A stretch of 32,000 bases of DNA from Desulfocapsa sulfexigens DSM 10523 (GCF_000341395.1 NC_020304.1:630001-662000); one strand, 5' to 3'. Positions 19,428 to 28,548 are shown, counted from the first letter of the stretch. Numbers and translations are program-made. The notes: a model not told the origin generated them from the letters alone.

Positions 19428-20348
19428 ATGCAGACAATATTTTTCATCCTCTTATTTTTCCTTACAGGGAACACAGCAGTGCTGGCAGAGTCTCTACAGC
19501 CAAAGGAACCTCTCTTTATAAATCCGAATGTGACGACTGAAACCAATATTCATTTCGATAGTAATTACTGTACCGAATGTCACCTGCAGAAACCATCCAA
19601 GGGGGACTCCGTACAGCTGAGATTCGACAACTATACCACGGCCTGCAGATGTCATGGGTACACTCCTGACACATACACCCATCCTGTGGACATAGTGCTT
19701 TCTGCAGAAAAAAAGGCCACTATTCCGGCAGAATTCCCTCTTACAAATGACAAAATCACCTGCGACACCTGCCATAACATGGCACTGCAATGTGAACCAA
19801 AGTACGAGTTGCGACTTCACAACAAGGCATTTTTACGAACAAACTCCTCCCTGGGCCGAACATTTCTCTGCTTTCAGTGCCATGAGGAAGAGCAATACAA
19901 AATGTTTGACCCCCACAAACAACTGGATGCGTCAGGGGCTATAAATGAAGAATCGTGCCTTTACTGTCATGCAAGCAAACCAGATGAACAGCAGGCAACT
20001 TTCAATTCACAGAACAACGGAGAAGACAGCATCCATCTTGTCGGCAACCTGGAGATACTTTGTCTGCGTTGCCACAACGACAAGGCCGGCAACCACCCCC
20101 TGAATAGAAATCATCTGGTCAAACCATCAGAAAAAATCATTTCACGAATGCACTGGTCGGAAAGAAATCTCTGGATCGTGCTGCCCCTGAACAACGAGGG
20201 AAAAATCACCTGTATCACCTGCCACAACCCACACGAACACGGAGTCATTCCCACAGACAAGGCAGCATCTGCCGGAGCAAGCGAAAAAGGCAGACTGAGA
20301 AAGGCATGGGGAGGAGGAAGTATTTGTGTGGTATGTCACAACATCTAA
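19428..20348 (+). CDS. Multiheme c-type cytochrome (7 CXXCH plus one CRCH)
   Basis: Signal peptide; CTECH, CDTCH, CFQCH, CLYCH, CLRCH, CITCH, CVVCH plus CRCH at aa 73-76. Confidence 0.88.
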   Translation: MQTIFFILLFFLTGNTAVLAESLQPKEPLFINPNVTTETNIHFDSNYCTECHLQKPSKGDSVQLRFDNYTTACRCHGYTPDTYTHPVDIVLSAEKKATIPAEFPLTNDKITCDTCHNMALQCEPKYELRLHNKAFLRTNSSLGRTFLCFQCHEEEQYKMFDPHKQLDASGAINEESCLYCHASKPDEQQATFNSQNNGEDSIHLVGNLEILCLRCHNDKAGNHPLNRNHLVKPSEKIISRMHWSERNLWIVLPLNNEGKITCITCHNPHEHGVIPTDKAASAGASEKGRLRKAWGGGSICVVCHNI

Positions 20349-20361
20349 CAAAGGAGAGAAG

Positions 20362-21426
20362 ATGAGATTGAAGTCACGTTCCCGGCCACTTTGGCCCCTT
20401 AGTATCCTCACACTGCTTGTTATTTACTTCCTGCCCGCAGGCGCGCAGGGATCAGATGTCGGTAACTGCCTGCTCTGTCATAAATACCCGGGACTAAGCA
20501 GGGTTGATGAAAATGCAGAAATGCGGCTTCTCTATGTAAATGAAGAAATTTTCAACCAAAGTGTCCACGCAAAGGTAAAATGTGAGGGATGCCACACTGA
20601 TATCACCAAGATCCCCCATGAACCGGTCAAACCTGTGGACTGTCTGGTACTCTGTCATATCATTGAACCGGCAGAGGAGCAGAAGTTTTCTCACAAGAGT
20701 GTTGAAAAATTCCTGGCCGACAGTGTTCACGGCAAGATGGACGAACATGGCAAAGAAAAGCCTTTCAGTGAAGACATGCCGACCTGTAAGGACTGCCATG
20801 ATAATCCGATGTTCAGACCCCTTGCATTTGTCAAAAAGGTGAGACCCGGTATTGCTGAAGATGCCCTGGGACGCTGCCGAGTCTGTCACAAAAAAGAAGA
20901 ATTCATCTACAGATTTTACAATCACGTCACCACCAGGCTGCACAAGAGCAGAAGTCCGCTCAATATTGCAGAGTCCTGTGCCAGATGCCACGATGACCCG
21001 GAACTGGTGGCCCGACACAACCTCTCCACCATGGCCAGAGGTTCCTATGGGCAGACTTTTCACGGCAAGGCGGCCAACCTCCTGGACGAATCGGTTCCAG
21101 ACTGCCTGGACTGCCACGTACCCAAGGGACAATCCGTACACCAGATGCACGGCAATGATGACATTCGTGCCACCACCCATCCGGAGAACAGAGGACAAAT
21201 TTGTGGATCCGTGGACTGTCACCCAGGTGCCTCCCAACAGTTTGCAAATTATCAGGTCCATGCGGAATTTAACAAGGAACAGAGCCCGGTGATCTACTGG
21301 TTCACCACCTTCTTCATCATTCTCACCGGTGCTACCCTGCTTCCTTTGATGGGAATACTGTTTCTTGATCTGCTTCGCCGCCTGTTTCCCAATGCATCTT
21401 TTAGACGGAGGAAAGAGAAACCATGA
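20362..21426 (+). CDS. Multiheme c-type cytochrome with C-terminal membrane anchor (6 CXXCH + CX3CH + CX4CH)
   Basis: CLLCH, CEGCH, CKDCH, CRVCH, CARCH, CLDCH plus CLVLCH and CGSVDCH; C-terminal TM VIYWFTTFFIILTGATLLPLMGILFLDLLRRLF. RBS aaaggag before ATG 20362 (track start 20326). Confidence 0.88.
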   Translation: MRLKSRSRPLWPLSILTLLVIYFLPAGAQGSDVGNCLLCHKYPGLSRVDENAEMRLLYVNEEIFNQSVHAKVKCEGCHTDITKIPHEPVKPVDCLVLCHIIEPAEEQKFSHKSVEKFLADSVHGKMDEHGKEKPFSEDMPTCKDCHDNPMFRPLAFVKKVRPGIAEDALGRCRVCHKKEEFIYRFYNHVTTRLHKSRSPLNIAESCARCHDDPELVARHNLSTMARGSYGQTFHGKAANLLDESVPDCLDCHVPKGQSVHQMHGNDDIRATTHPENRGQICGSVDCHPGASQQFANYQVHAEFNKEQSPVIYWFTTFFIILTGATLLPLMGILFLDLLRRLFPNASFRRRKEKP

Positions 21427-22325
21427 AAAAATATCCAGCAATAAAGTTCAAGGACGGAAAAAAATACTTTTTCCGATTTGATCTGGACACAAGAATCCAG
21501 CATATCATCCTGGCGGCAACAGTCATTATACTGGTTCTGACAGGGATGCCTCTCAAGTTCAGTGATAGTAGCTGGGCTCCTTATCTCTACTCTTTTTTCG
21601 GTGGAAGCAAGATGGCTCCGGTAATACACAAATGGACCGGTGCCATCATGCTTCTCCTCTTTGTTTACCATGTTGTGCGAGTAGTAGGCGGCATCATAAC
21701 GAATCATATCATGCCCCTTAAAAGAGAAGGGAAAATGAGTATAGGCAGGGTCACCATGGTACTGGTCAGACTCCCCATGATTCCAAACCTGAAAGATCTG
21801 AAAGATATCATAGGACTGATGAAATACCTGCTCTATTTCACCAATGAGCACCCGCATGGCGATGAATGGACCTGGAAGGAAAAGTTTGATTACTGGGCAC
21901 CATTCTGGGGTATGTTTGTCATCGGTATCACCGGCCTCATCATCTGGAACAAGGTACTGGCAACCCAGGTCATACCAGGTGAATTTATCAACCTCTGCCT
22001 GATAGCTCACAGTGACGAGGCATTACTGGCGGCACTCTTTCTCTTTATCTGGCACTGGTATAACGTCCATTTTTCCACTTCTGTCTTCCCGATGGGTACA
22101 GTCTTTCTCACCGGTTATCTTCCTGAAGAGCTGATGGTTGAAGAACACTACGAGCATTACGTAAGAGTGATGACCAGGGAAGGATTGGAATCTGAGATCA
22201 AACCGCCCCACGGTGGCGGCAATAATCCGACAATCTGCGGGGAACCACAGGATGTCACCTCGGATACTCCACCAACCACCGCACCAGCCAATGATCCCAT
22301 GCAGCAGGGAGGAGTCAACTCATGA
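21423..22325 (+). CDS. Membrane b-type cytochrome (cytochrome b561/FdhI-like fold)
   Basis: TM segments with His residues: RIQHIILAATVIILVLTGMPLKF, VIHKWTGAIMLLLFVYHVVRVVGG, FDYWAPFWGMFVIGITGLIIWN, IAHSDEALLAALFLFIWHWYNVHF; ATGA overlap with the upstream cytochrome. Confidence 0.85.
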   Translation: MKKYPAIKFKDGKKYFFRFDLDTRIQHIILAATVIILVLTGMPLKFSDSSWAPYLYSFFGGSKMAPVIHKWTGAIMLLLFVYHVVRVVGGIITNHIMPLKREGKMSIGRVTMVLVRLPMIPNLKDLKDIIGLMKYLLYFTNEHPHGDEWTWKEKFDYWAPFWGMFVIGITGLIIWNKVLATQVIPGEFINLCLIAHSDEALLAALFLFIWHWYNVHFSTSVFPMGTVFLTGYLPEELMVEEHYEHYVRVMTREGLESEIKPPHGGGNNPTICGEPQDVTSDTPPTTAPANDPMQQGGVNS

Positions 22326-23242
22326 AATGCTTTTTTACCAAGCTCTATGTTCTTGCTTTTATGGGACTGGTCGCCTTTTTCGGTGTGCTCATCTGGAATT
22401 TGACATTTGCCCATCTTATCCATGAATACCATGCAAGACAAGGAGATGTAACAATTACTCCCAGCGGAGAGAATGACAAAAAAGATGTCGGGAATCAAAC
22501 ATTTGACAAGATGATTCTTGAAAGTGAGGATCGGGTCAAACACTATCTCGGCTACCGGGTACTGGAAGAGCAGAGAATAGAAGGACATTTTCACCATATC
22601 GGCTTCGATGTCGGACCCGACAACAGATCCTACTGCAGATCCTGCCATGGCGACATGCCTCACGACTCAGTCAAAGATATTCGGGCATTTTTGAATATGC
22701 ATGCCTTTTTTGTGGCCTGCCAGACCTGCCATGTCAAGCTGACTGATGATGAAAGAACAAACGTCTACAAATGGTATGACCGAAAAACCGGAGAAATTGT
22801 TGAAAGCCCGGTCAATGGAGCTCCACCGGGGACCTACAATGCAAAAATTGTCCCCTTCATTCGTGAAGACGGCAAACTTGTCCGCATCGACAGCGAGGAA
22901 AAAATCCAGTTCGCCACTGACTACAAGACAAATGAAAAGGCGTTGAGCGAAGGCCAGAAATCCAAGGCAAAGAAGATTATCCACCAGATTATCAGCAAGC
23001 TGCCTGTAAGCTGTGAAGAGTGCCACACCAAGAACAATCCTACTCTTCCCCTTGCCGATCTTGGCTACCCCAAGGCCCGGATCGATTCCATCACCAGTAC
23101 AGAGGTGGTGGGAATGATAAAGAACTATACGGAGTTCCATATGCCAAAGATGTTAAACCCAGGCGAAGTATCGCCTGCTGCGCCACAACAGACCGAACTG
23201 CAGCCGCAACAGATGGCGGAACCACAACCAACACAGCATTGA
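22322..23242 (+). CDS. Membrane-anchored triheme c-type cytochrome
   Basis: N-terminal TM; CRSCH, CQTCH, CEECH; ATGA overlap with the b-cytochrome gene. Confidence 0.83.
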   Translation: MKCFFTKLYVLAFMGLVAFFGVLIWNLTFAHLIHEYHARQGDVTITPSGENDKKDVGNQTFDKMILESEDRVKHYLGYRVLEEQRIEGHFHHIGFDVGPDNRSYCRSCHGDMPHDSVKDIRAFLNMHAFFVACQTCHVKLTDDERTNVYKWYDRKTGEIVESPVNGAPPGTYNAKIVPFIREDGKLVRIDSEEKIQFATDYKTNEKALSEGQKSKAKKIIHQIISKLPVSCEECHTKNNPTLPLADLGYPKARIDSITSTEVVGMIKNYTEFHMPKMLNPGEVSPAAPQQTELQPQQMAEPQPTQH

Positions 23243-23254
23243 GAATGCGACCAA

Positions 23255-24217
23255 GTGAACAGATATACCTCACCTGAGTGGTATAAAAGAAGAAGGAGAA
23301 TAGTCACCATTTCTATTCTCCTTTTGCTTACGGCCTGGACATCCGCCGCCCATGCACTGGAGCTGACCATGGCAACACACCTCTTTGATATAGAGGAGGA
23401 ATTCAACCAGCCAAGTGATGTAGCCGTTGCCAGGAACGGTACCATCTATGTGGTTGATGGGGTGAATGGCAAAATCAAGGCATTTTCACCTTCCGGAAAA
23501 CCACTCTTCACTATCGGTCGACCAGGAACCGATCCCGGCGAATTTGCCTTTCCCCTTGGTATTGGACTGGACGAATCTGGCAGAGTCTATGTTGCCGACT
23601 CCAGAAATAGCCGGATCCAGATATTTTCTGCCACAGGCGATTTCATCTCTGAAATTCCGGTTCCAGCCCTGAACGGAGAAAAATCCGACCCAACCGATGT
23701 GGTCGCGGACAGTTCCGGAAAATGGTGTTTTGTGGCAGACAACAATAATCATCGGATTCTCCAATTCGATATTGCCACAAAAAAGCTCATCAACAGCTAT
23801 GGAAAACCCGGGGCTGAAAAATGGGAATTCCGCTATCCCTTTCTCATGCACCTCCATCGGGATAAAGACCTGTACATTGTTGATGTCATCAATACCAGAG
23901 TACAGGTTCTGAATACAGAGGGGAAGTTCGTCACCTTTGTCGGGGGCTGGGGTGTTGAAAAGGGCCATTTTTTCAGACCAAAAGGGATTACTGTGGATAA
24001 AAATGGACTCTCCTATGTCAGTGACAGCTATATGGGAGTAGTTCAACTCTTCAATATTACCGGCACCTTTCATTCAGTCCTTGGTGACCCGACAACGGGT
24101 AAGGTGAAGAAGTTCGTAACACCTGTTGGGCTCTTTATTGACGATGCCATGCACCTCTATGTTGTGGAGATGCTTCCAGGCCGGATCAGTGTTTTCAGCC
24201 TGGAAAATATGCCATGA
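23255..24217 (+). CDS. NHL-repeat (6-bladed beta-propeller) secreted protein
   Basis: Signal peptide; NHL repeats QPSDVAVARNGTIYVVDGVNGKIKAF, FAFPLGIGLDESGRVYVADSRNSRIQIF, FRPKGITVDKNGLSYVSDSYMGVVQLF. Confidence 0.88.
   Translation: MNRYTSPEWYKRRRRIVTISILLLLTAWTSAAHALELTMATHLFDIEEEFNQPSDVAVARNGTIYVVDGVNGKIKAFSPSGKPLFTIGRPGTDPGEFAFPLGIGLDESGRVYVADSRNSRIQIFSATGDFISEIPVPALNGEKSDPTDVVADSSGKWCFVADNNNHRILQFDIATKKLINSYGKPGAEKWEFRYPFLMHLHRDKDLYIVDVINTRVQVLNTEGKFVTFVGGWGVEKGHFFRPKGITVDKNGLSYVSDSYMGVVQLFNITGTFHSVLGDPTTGKVKKFVTPVGLFIDDAMHLYVVEMLPGRISVFSLENMP
23293..23323 (+). promoter_or_regulatory. Perfect hairpin at 5' end of the NHL gene (possible attenuator or SD-sequestering structure)
   Basis: AAGGAGAATAG (23293-23303) / CTATTCTCCTT (23313-23323), 9-nt loop, followed by TT to give TTTT. 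Confidence 0.35.
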
Positions 24218-26436
24218 TCAGATCCCGTGCCTGCATCCTGATCCTGCTTTTCAGCAGCATGCTTTTTTACTCTCTCCCATGCCTTGCCAATCAGGCACCT
24301 CGCAACCCGAATTCGGCCAAGGAATGTGCGATCTGTCACTATCGATGGATAGATACTTTTTTTATTGATGGCAGGGGCACTGACCTTGTGCCCTATCAGG
24401 AGACTAAGGTGGTCGCAGAGCCCGAAATCTGTTTTTCCTGCCATGACGGCAGTGTGGCAGACTCAAGGGGAAAGGTGTACAACGACCATCGCCACCCCAT
24501 CAACAAACCACCACCACCAGGGATGGAAATCCCAGCCATCTTTCCCCTGGATGAGCATGGAAACATGCAGTGCTTTACCTGCCACACTGCCCATGGAGTG
24601 TCCAGTGAAATGGGGATTGAACGGGCAGTTTTTGTCCGCACATCCAACGATAATTCTTCCATGTGCATGATGTGTCACAAGGGCAAGGATGGTGGGCCTG
24701 CCATGGGCAACCATCCCATTGGCACAACAGAACGACCAATACCTGACAACCTTCTCAATCTCGGGAGTATCGAAGGGTCTGTCACGAATCAGATCATCTG
24801 CCAGACCTGCCACAATGTTCATGGCTCACCCTTTGACAATTTTCTCGTTGAAAACAACAGAGATTCAGGCCAGCTCTGTCTGGACTGCCACCAGGAAAAG
24901 GGCGGTCTGCTAAACAGCGGGCATGATTTACGGCGCACGGCAGCGGAGGCCAAGAACAGCAAGGGACAGCCCCCGGTACAGTCAGGGATATGCGGTGCCT
25001 GTCATCTGGTGCATGGAGCAGAAAAGACAGTACTCTGGGCCCGACCACTTCCTGCTAAGAGTAAAAACAGAACCCAGGATCTGTGCACTAGCTGTCACAG
25101 CAAAACAGGGCTGGCCTCTGAAAAACTCATCAAGGGATATTCTCATCCCGTTAACATTTCTCTTCGGGACAAGGGGATGCGACCTGACCTGCCTGCCTTT
25201 GATCTCACTGGCCGGCGCGTTCAGCAAGAGGCTAAGGACGCACTGCTCACCTGCCCCACCTGCCACGATCCACACCAGGCAGGAACTGCCAGGCAGGCCA
25301 CAATGACCCCGCCCCGTTCAAGTTTTCTTCGGGTAAAGGATGGAAAAGCTGAAAGCCTGTGTAAGCAGTGCCACAGCAAACAGGCATCTGTTGTGGGAAG
25401 CGATCATGACCTGCGAAAGACAGGTGCCACAACAAAAAATACTCAGGGGCAACTGCCTGGCGAGTCAGGACCATGCGGCGTCTGTCATCTTGTTCACGGA
25501 GCACAGACAAAAAACTTATGGGCTCGCAAGGTCTCGAGCAAAAGTGCCTATCCGGCACAGGATCTCTGTCTGACCTGTCACAACAGCAAGGGTGTCGCCA
25601 ATACAAAAGTCATCGCTGACCACTCCCATCCCGTTGACATCAATCCTGAAAAACGAAACATCAGTACTACTCTGCCGCTTTACGACAGTCATGGAGAAAG
25701 AAAATCCAATGGCGTTATAGCCTGTCTGACCTGCCATAATCCACACCAATGGCATCCTAGAAAGCCGACCTCCCACGGAAACAATCATGTTGAGGGAAAC
25801 GCAAAAAACAGCTTTCTCCGTCTTGCCGCCGCACCAGAACCTGCACTGTGCAGCAATTGTCACCCTGAAAAAGCGTATGTGGAAAAGAGTGACCACGACC
25901 TCAACATCACAGCACCCACTGCAACAAATACCATGGGGCAGATCCCGGAAGAATCCGGGGTCTGCGGTGTCTGTCACATCATCCATAATGGAAAAAACAC
26001 GGTACGACTCTGGGCTCGTAACTATGGAGCAGGTAAAGGCATTATGGATAGAATGTGCAACAGTTGTCATACAGATGGGGGATCCGGCAGTAACAAGGTA
26101 CCTGTGGTTTCCACCCATCCGGAAAAACAACTCATCGCTAATCCGGGAAGAAATATCAAAGGAAAGGCAAATTATTTTCCACTTTTTGACGACGAAACGG
26201 CATCACCTATTACCATCGGCGATATTTCCTGTGCCTCATGCCATGATGTGCACCAATGGGATCCCAAAAAGAAACAAAAGGGGAATGGGGAAAATCCTGA
26301 GGGGAAAGCTACCAATAGTTTTTTACGCATGCAGACCTACAACATGATCTGCAAAGACTGTCATGGACTTGATTCCCTGTACCGATTCAAATATTACCAT
26401 GACAGTAAGAAAAGAACACCCATTTCCACCCCATAA
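24214..26436 (+). CDS. Large multiheme c-type cytochrome, 18 CXXCH motifs
   Basis: 740 aa, signal peptide; 18 CXXCH counted; three tandem ~160-aa four-heme modules; ATGA overlap with the NHL gene. Confidence 0.92.
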   Translation: MIRSRACILILLFSSMLFYSLPCLANQAPRNPNSAKECAICHYRWIDTFFIDGRGTDLVPYQETKVVAEPEICFSCHDGSVADSRGKVYNDHRHPINKPPPPGMEIPAIFPLDEHGNMQCFTCHTAHGVSSEMGIERAVFVRTSNDNSSMCMMCHKGKDGGPAMGNHPIGTTERPIPDNLLNLGSIEGSVTNQIICQTCHNVHGSPFDNFLVENNRDSGQLCLDCHQEKGGLLNSGHDLRRTAAEAKNSKGQPPVQSGICGACHLVHGAEKTVLWARPLPAKSKNRTQDLCTSCHSKTGLASEKLIKGYSHPVNISLRDKGMRPDLPAFDLTGRRVQQEAKDALLTCPTCHDPHQAGTARQATMTPPRSSFLRVKDGKAESLCKQCHSKQASVVGSDHDLRKTGATTKNTQGQLPGESGPCGVCHLVHGAQTKNLWARKVSSKSAYPAQDLCLTCHNSKGVANTKVIADHSHPVDINPEKRNISTTLPLYDSHGERKSNGVIACLTCHNPHQWHPRKPTSHGNNHVEGNAKNSFLRLAAAPEPALCSNCHPEKAYVEKSDHDLNITAPTATNTMGQIPEESGVCGVCHIIHNGKNTVRLWARNYGAGKGIMDRMCNSCHTDGGSGSNKVPVVSTHPEKQLIANPGRNIKGKANYFPLFDDETASPITIGDISCASCHDVHQWDPKKKQKGNGENPEGKATNSFLRMQTYNMICKDCHGLDSLYRFKYYHDSKKRTPISTP
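24916..26380 (+). repeat. Three tandem protein-level repeats (four hemes each) in the 18-heme cytochrome
   Basis: Units 24916-25398, 25399-25887 and 25888-~26380. Shared skeleton: S-x-HDL..T......GQ.P..SG.CG.CH..H......LWAR......CxxCH...HP......CxxCHDPHQ......SFLR......CxxCH. Confidence 0.85.
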
Positions 26437-26598
26437 AAAAGATAGGAATTGTTCACAAATAAAATCTTACAAGCTGTAATCCATTGCCAAGAAAAGGAAT
26501 AATAAGTACCACACCAGCCCTAACCGACAAACACCGAAACCATCGCAATGTCAGGCAGGACGGGCAATCCAGTCAATTTAAAGAGGGATTTGGAACGT

Positions 26599-26624
26599 AA
26601 AAAAGAGGGGAACCCCTCTTTTTT
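26599..26624 (+). terminator. Rho-independent terminator after the 18-heme cytochrome gene
   Basis: AAAAAAGAGGGG-AA-CCCCTCTTTTTT: perfect inverted repeat ending in a T-run (terminator-shaped on both strands). Confidence 0.85.
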
Positions 26625-26743
26625 CTCTCACAATCTAGAATATACTACAAAGTATGCACAGACCAATGGAAAGTATCGTTTTCCCAGGCTGCATAGACCT
26701 AAGGGGACAAAAGAAAAATGAATGATCAACGAGAGGATGAATA

Positions 26744-27376
26744 ATGAAAAGACTAGTAATTGGCGTTCTGGCTTTAATTGGCAGCACCGGGATATGCTCA
26801 ACAGCATTTGGAGTAATAACAGGATCGGATCATGACTTCAGTGGGTCAAACTGGAGTAGTGGACAAATTTGTCTGCCCTGTCACGCACCTCATAACGGAA
26901 CAGTTATCGCTGATGCTCCCCTATGGAATCATGATGTCTCAGAGGCCAGCTATACCCTGTACTCCAGTGCCACCCTCGATGCCGATGATCTTTCACAGCC
27001 CGCCGGCGTCTCAAAGCTCTGCCTTTCCTGCCATGACGGAACCGTTGCTATCGATGCCTTTACTGGCCATGACGGTACTATTTTTATAGGAACAATCGGA
27101 ACAGGCAGTGGAGATCTTGGCTCAGCCCTGAATAATGACCATCCCGTATCTTTCACTTATGACAGTGCCCTTGCTACCGCAGACGGTGGTCTTTGGGATC
27201 CAAGCTCAAAAAGTTCAGGAATAACAGAGGGTGGTACAATTGATAGCGACATGCTTTTTGCCGGACGGATGGAATGTGCATCCTGTCATGATGTTCATAA
27301 TAAATATGAGAACACGAGTCTTCTCTTAATAGATAACGATGGCTCTAACCTCTGCCTCACCTGCCACAACAAGTAA
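26744..27376 (+). CDS. Tetraheme c-type cytochrome, secreted
   Basis: Signal peptide MKRLVIGVLALIGSTGICSTAFG; CLPCH, CLSCH, CASCH, CLTCH. Confidence 0.88.
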   Translation: MKRLVIGVLALIGSTGICSTAFGVITGSDHDFSGSNWSSGQICLPCHAPHNGTVIADAPLWNHDVSEASYTLYSSATLDADDLSQPAGVSKLCLSCHDGTVAIDAFTGHDGTIFIGTIGTGSGDLGSALNNDHPVSFTYDSALATADGGLWDPSSKSSGITEGGTIDSDMLFAGRMECASCHDVHNKYENTSLLLIDNDGSNLCLTCHNK

Positions 27377-27468
27377 CAGGACAATCCGCCATAGGCTGTC
27401 TTCCGTCTGCCCATGCACGTCACGTGTGTGGGTGGACTTTGTTGTTTTCACGGTACCACTTAAAAACC

Positions 27469-28548
27469 ATGCAAAAACCATATCGTTTCTCAGACACACA
27501 GCTGTTATTTCCCCTCCTCTGTCTGCTACTCCTGAGCAGTTGTGCCAGGCCGGTAGAAGAAGCAGCACTCATTTTCTACCCACCACCACCAGAACGCCCG
27601 AGACTTCAGTTTCTCACAGCCATCTCCTCGGAAACAGACCTGGCAGTCAAAAGAGATGCCTTTGACAGCTTTCTCTTTGGTCCCGACCTGTCCTTTTCCT
27701 CCATCGGTCGCCCCTACGACATAGCCTCAGACAGGGGAAGCATCTACCTTATTGACCGTCAGTCCAACAAGATACTCACCATTGATCTGGTGAACAAGGA
27801 CTTCACCGAACTACGAGCCACCGGACGGGGGGCACTCCGTTCCCCGTCAGGTATCTGGGTCACCTCGGATGGCTTCAAGTACATTGCTGACATAAAACGC
27901 CAGCAGATTGTCACCTTCAACAGCAGTAATGAGTTCATCCGTGCCTACGGTAATAAAGAGCTGTTTAATAAACCGGTTGATGTTGCTGTTTATAACAACA
28001 ACATCTATGTCTGCGACATGGTCAAAAGTCAGATCATTGTCCTCGACAGAGATTCGGGAGAAGTCGTTATGACCGTTGGGGAGAGTGGATCCGAAGAGGG
28101 GCAGCTGCATAAGCCGACACATGTAACAGTGGACAAACATGGAAATGTTTTTGTCAATGACGCCTTTAATTTTAGAGTCCAGCAATTTGACAGTTCTGGA
28201 GTATTTGTGAAAACTTTTGGCTTCCACGGAGACCGCATGGGAGGAATGGCCAGAAGCAAAGGGCTGGATGTAGATCAGGAAGGAAATTTGTATGTGGCGG
28301 ATGCGGCCTTTGAATATGTACAGATTTTCAACAAAGACGGTCAACTGCTCCTTTTCTTCGGTGGCCCTGGAAATGCTCCTGGAAATATGTACCTTCCGGC
28401 CGGGGTCCATATTGATTATGAGAACATCCAATTCTTCAATACATTTGCAGACCCGAATTTCAAACTGAAATACCTCCTCTATGTGTGCAATATGAGTGGT
28501 TCAAATAAGGTCAATGTCTATGGATATGGAGACTGGAGCGGTGAATAA
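27469..28548 (+). CDS. NHL-repeat beta-propeller lipoprotein
   Basis: Lipobox LLLLSSC; repeats such as FNKPVDVAVYNNNIYVCDMVKSQIIVLD, LHKPTHVTVDKHGNVFVNDAFNFRVQQFD. Start 27469 preferred to 27424. Confidence 0.85.
   Translation: MQKPYRFSDTQLLFPLLCLLLLSSCARPVEEAALIFYPPPPERPRLQFLTAISSETDLAVKRDAFDSFLFGPDLSFSSIGRPYDIASDRGSIYLIDRQSNKILTIDLVNKDFTELRATGRGALRSPSGIWVTSDGFKYIADIKRQQIVTFNSSNEFIRAYGNKELFNKPVDVAVYNNNIYVCDMVKSQIIVLDRDSGEVVMTVGESGSEEGQLHKPTHVTVDKHGNVFVNDAFNFRVQQFDSSGVFVKTFGFHGDRMGGMARSKGLDVDQEGNLYVADAAFEYVQIFNKDGQLLLFFGGPGNAPGNMYLPAGVHIDYENIQFFNTFADPNFKLKYLLYVCNMSGSNKVNVYGYGDWSGE

Noticed and set aside
20494-21441. 315-aa minus-strand ORF opposite the octaheme-like cytochrome (and the 238-aa ORF 21294-22010 minus)
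   Set aside because: Antisense shadow of genes with clear CXXCH and TM content, ATGA-coupled on the plus strand. The minus products are Cys/His/Arg-odd and lack any domain signature.
24214-26436. Reading the CXXCH motifs as zinc-binding or as a CRISPR-like repeat pattern
   Set aside because: Each motif is part of a secreted protein with surplus His residues, typical of c-type cytochromes. The repeats are protein-level and degenerate, not direct DNA repeats with spacers.
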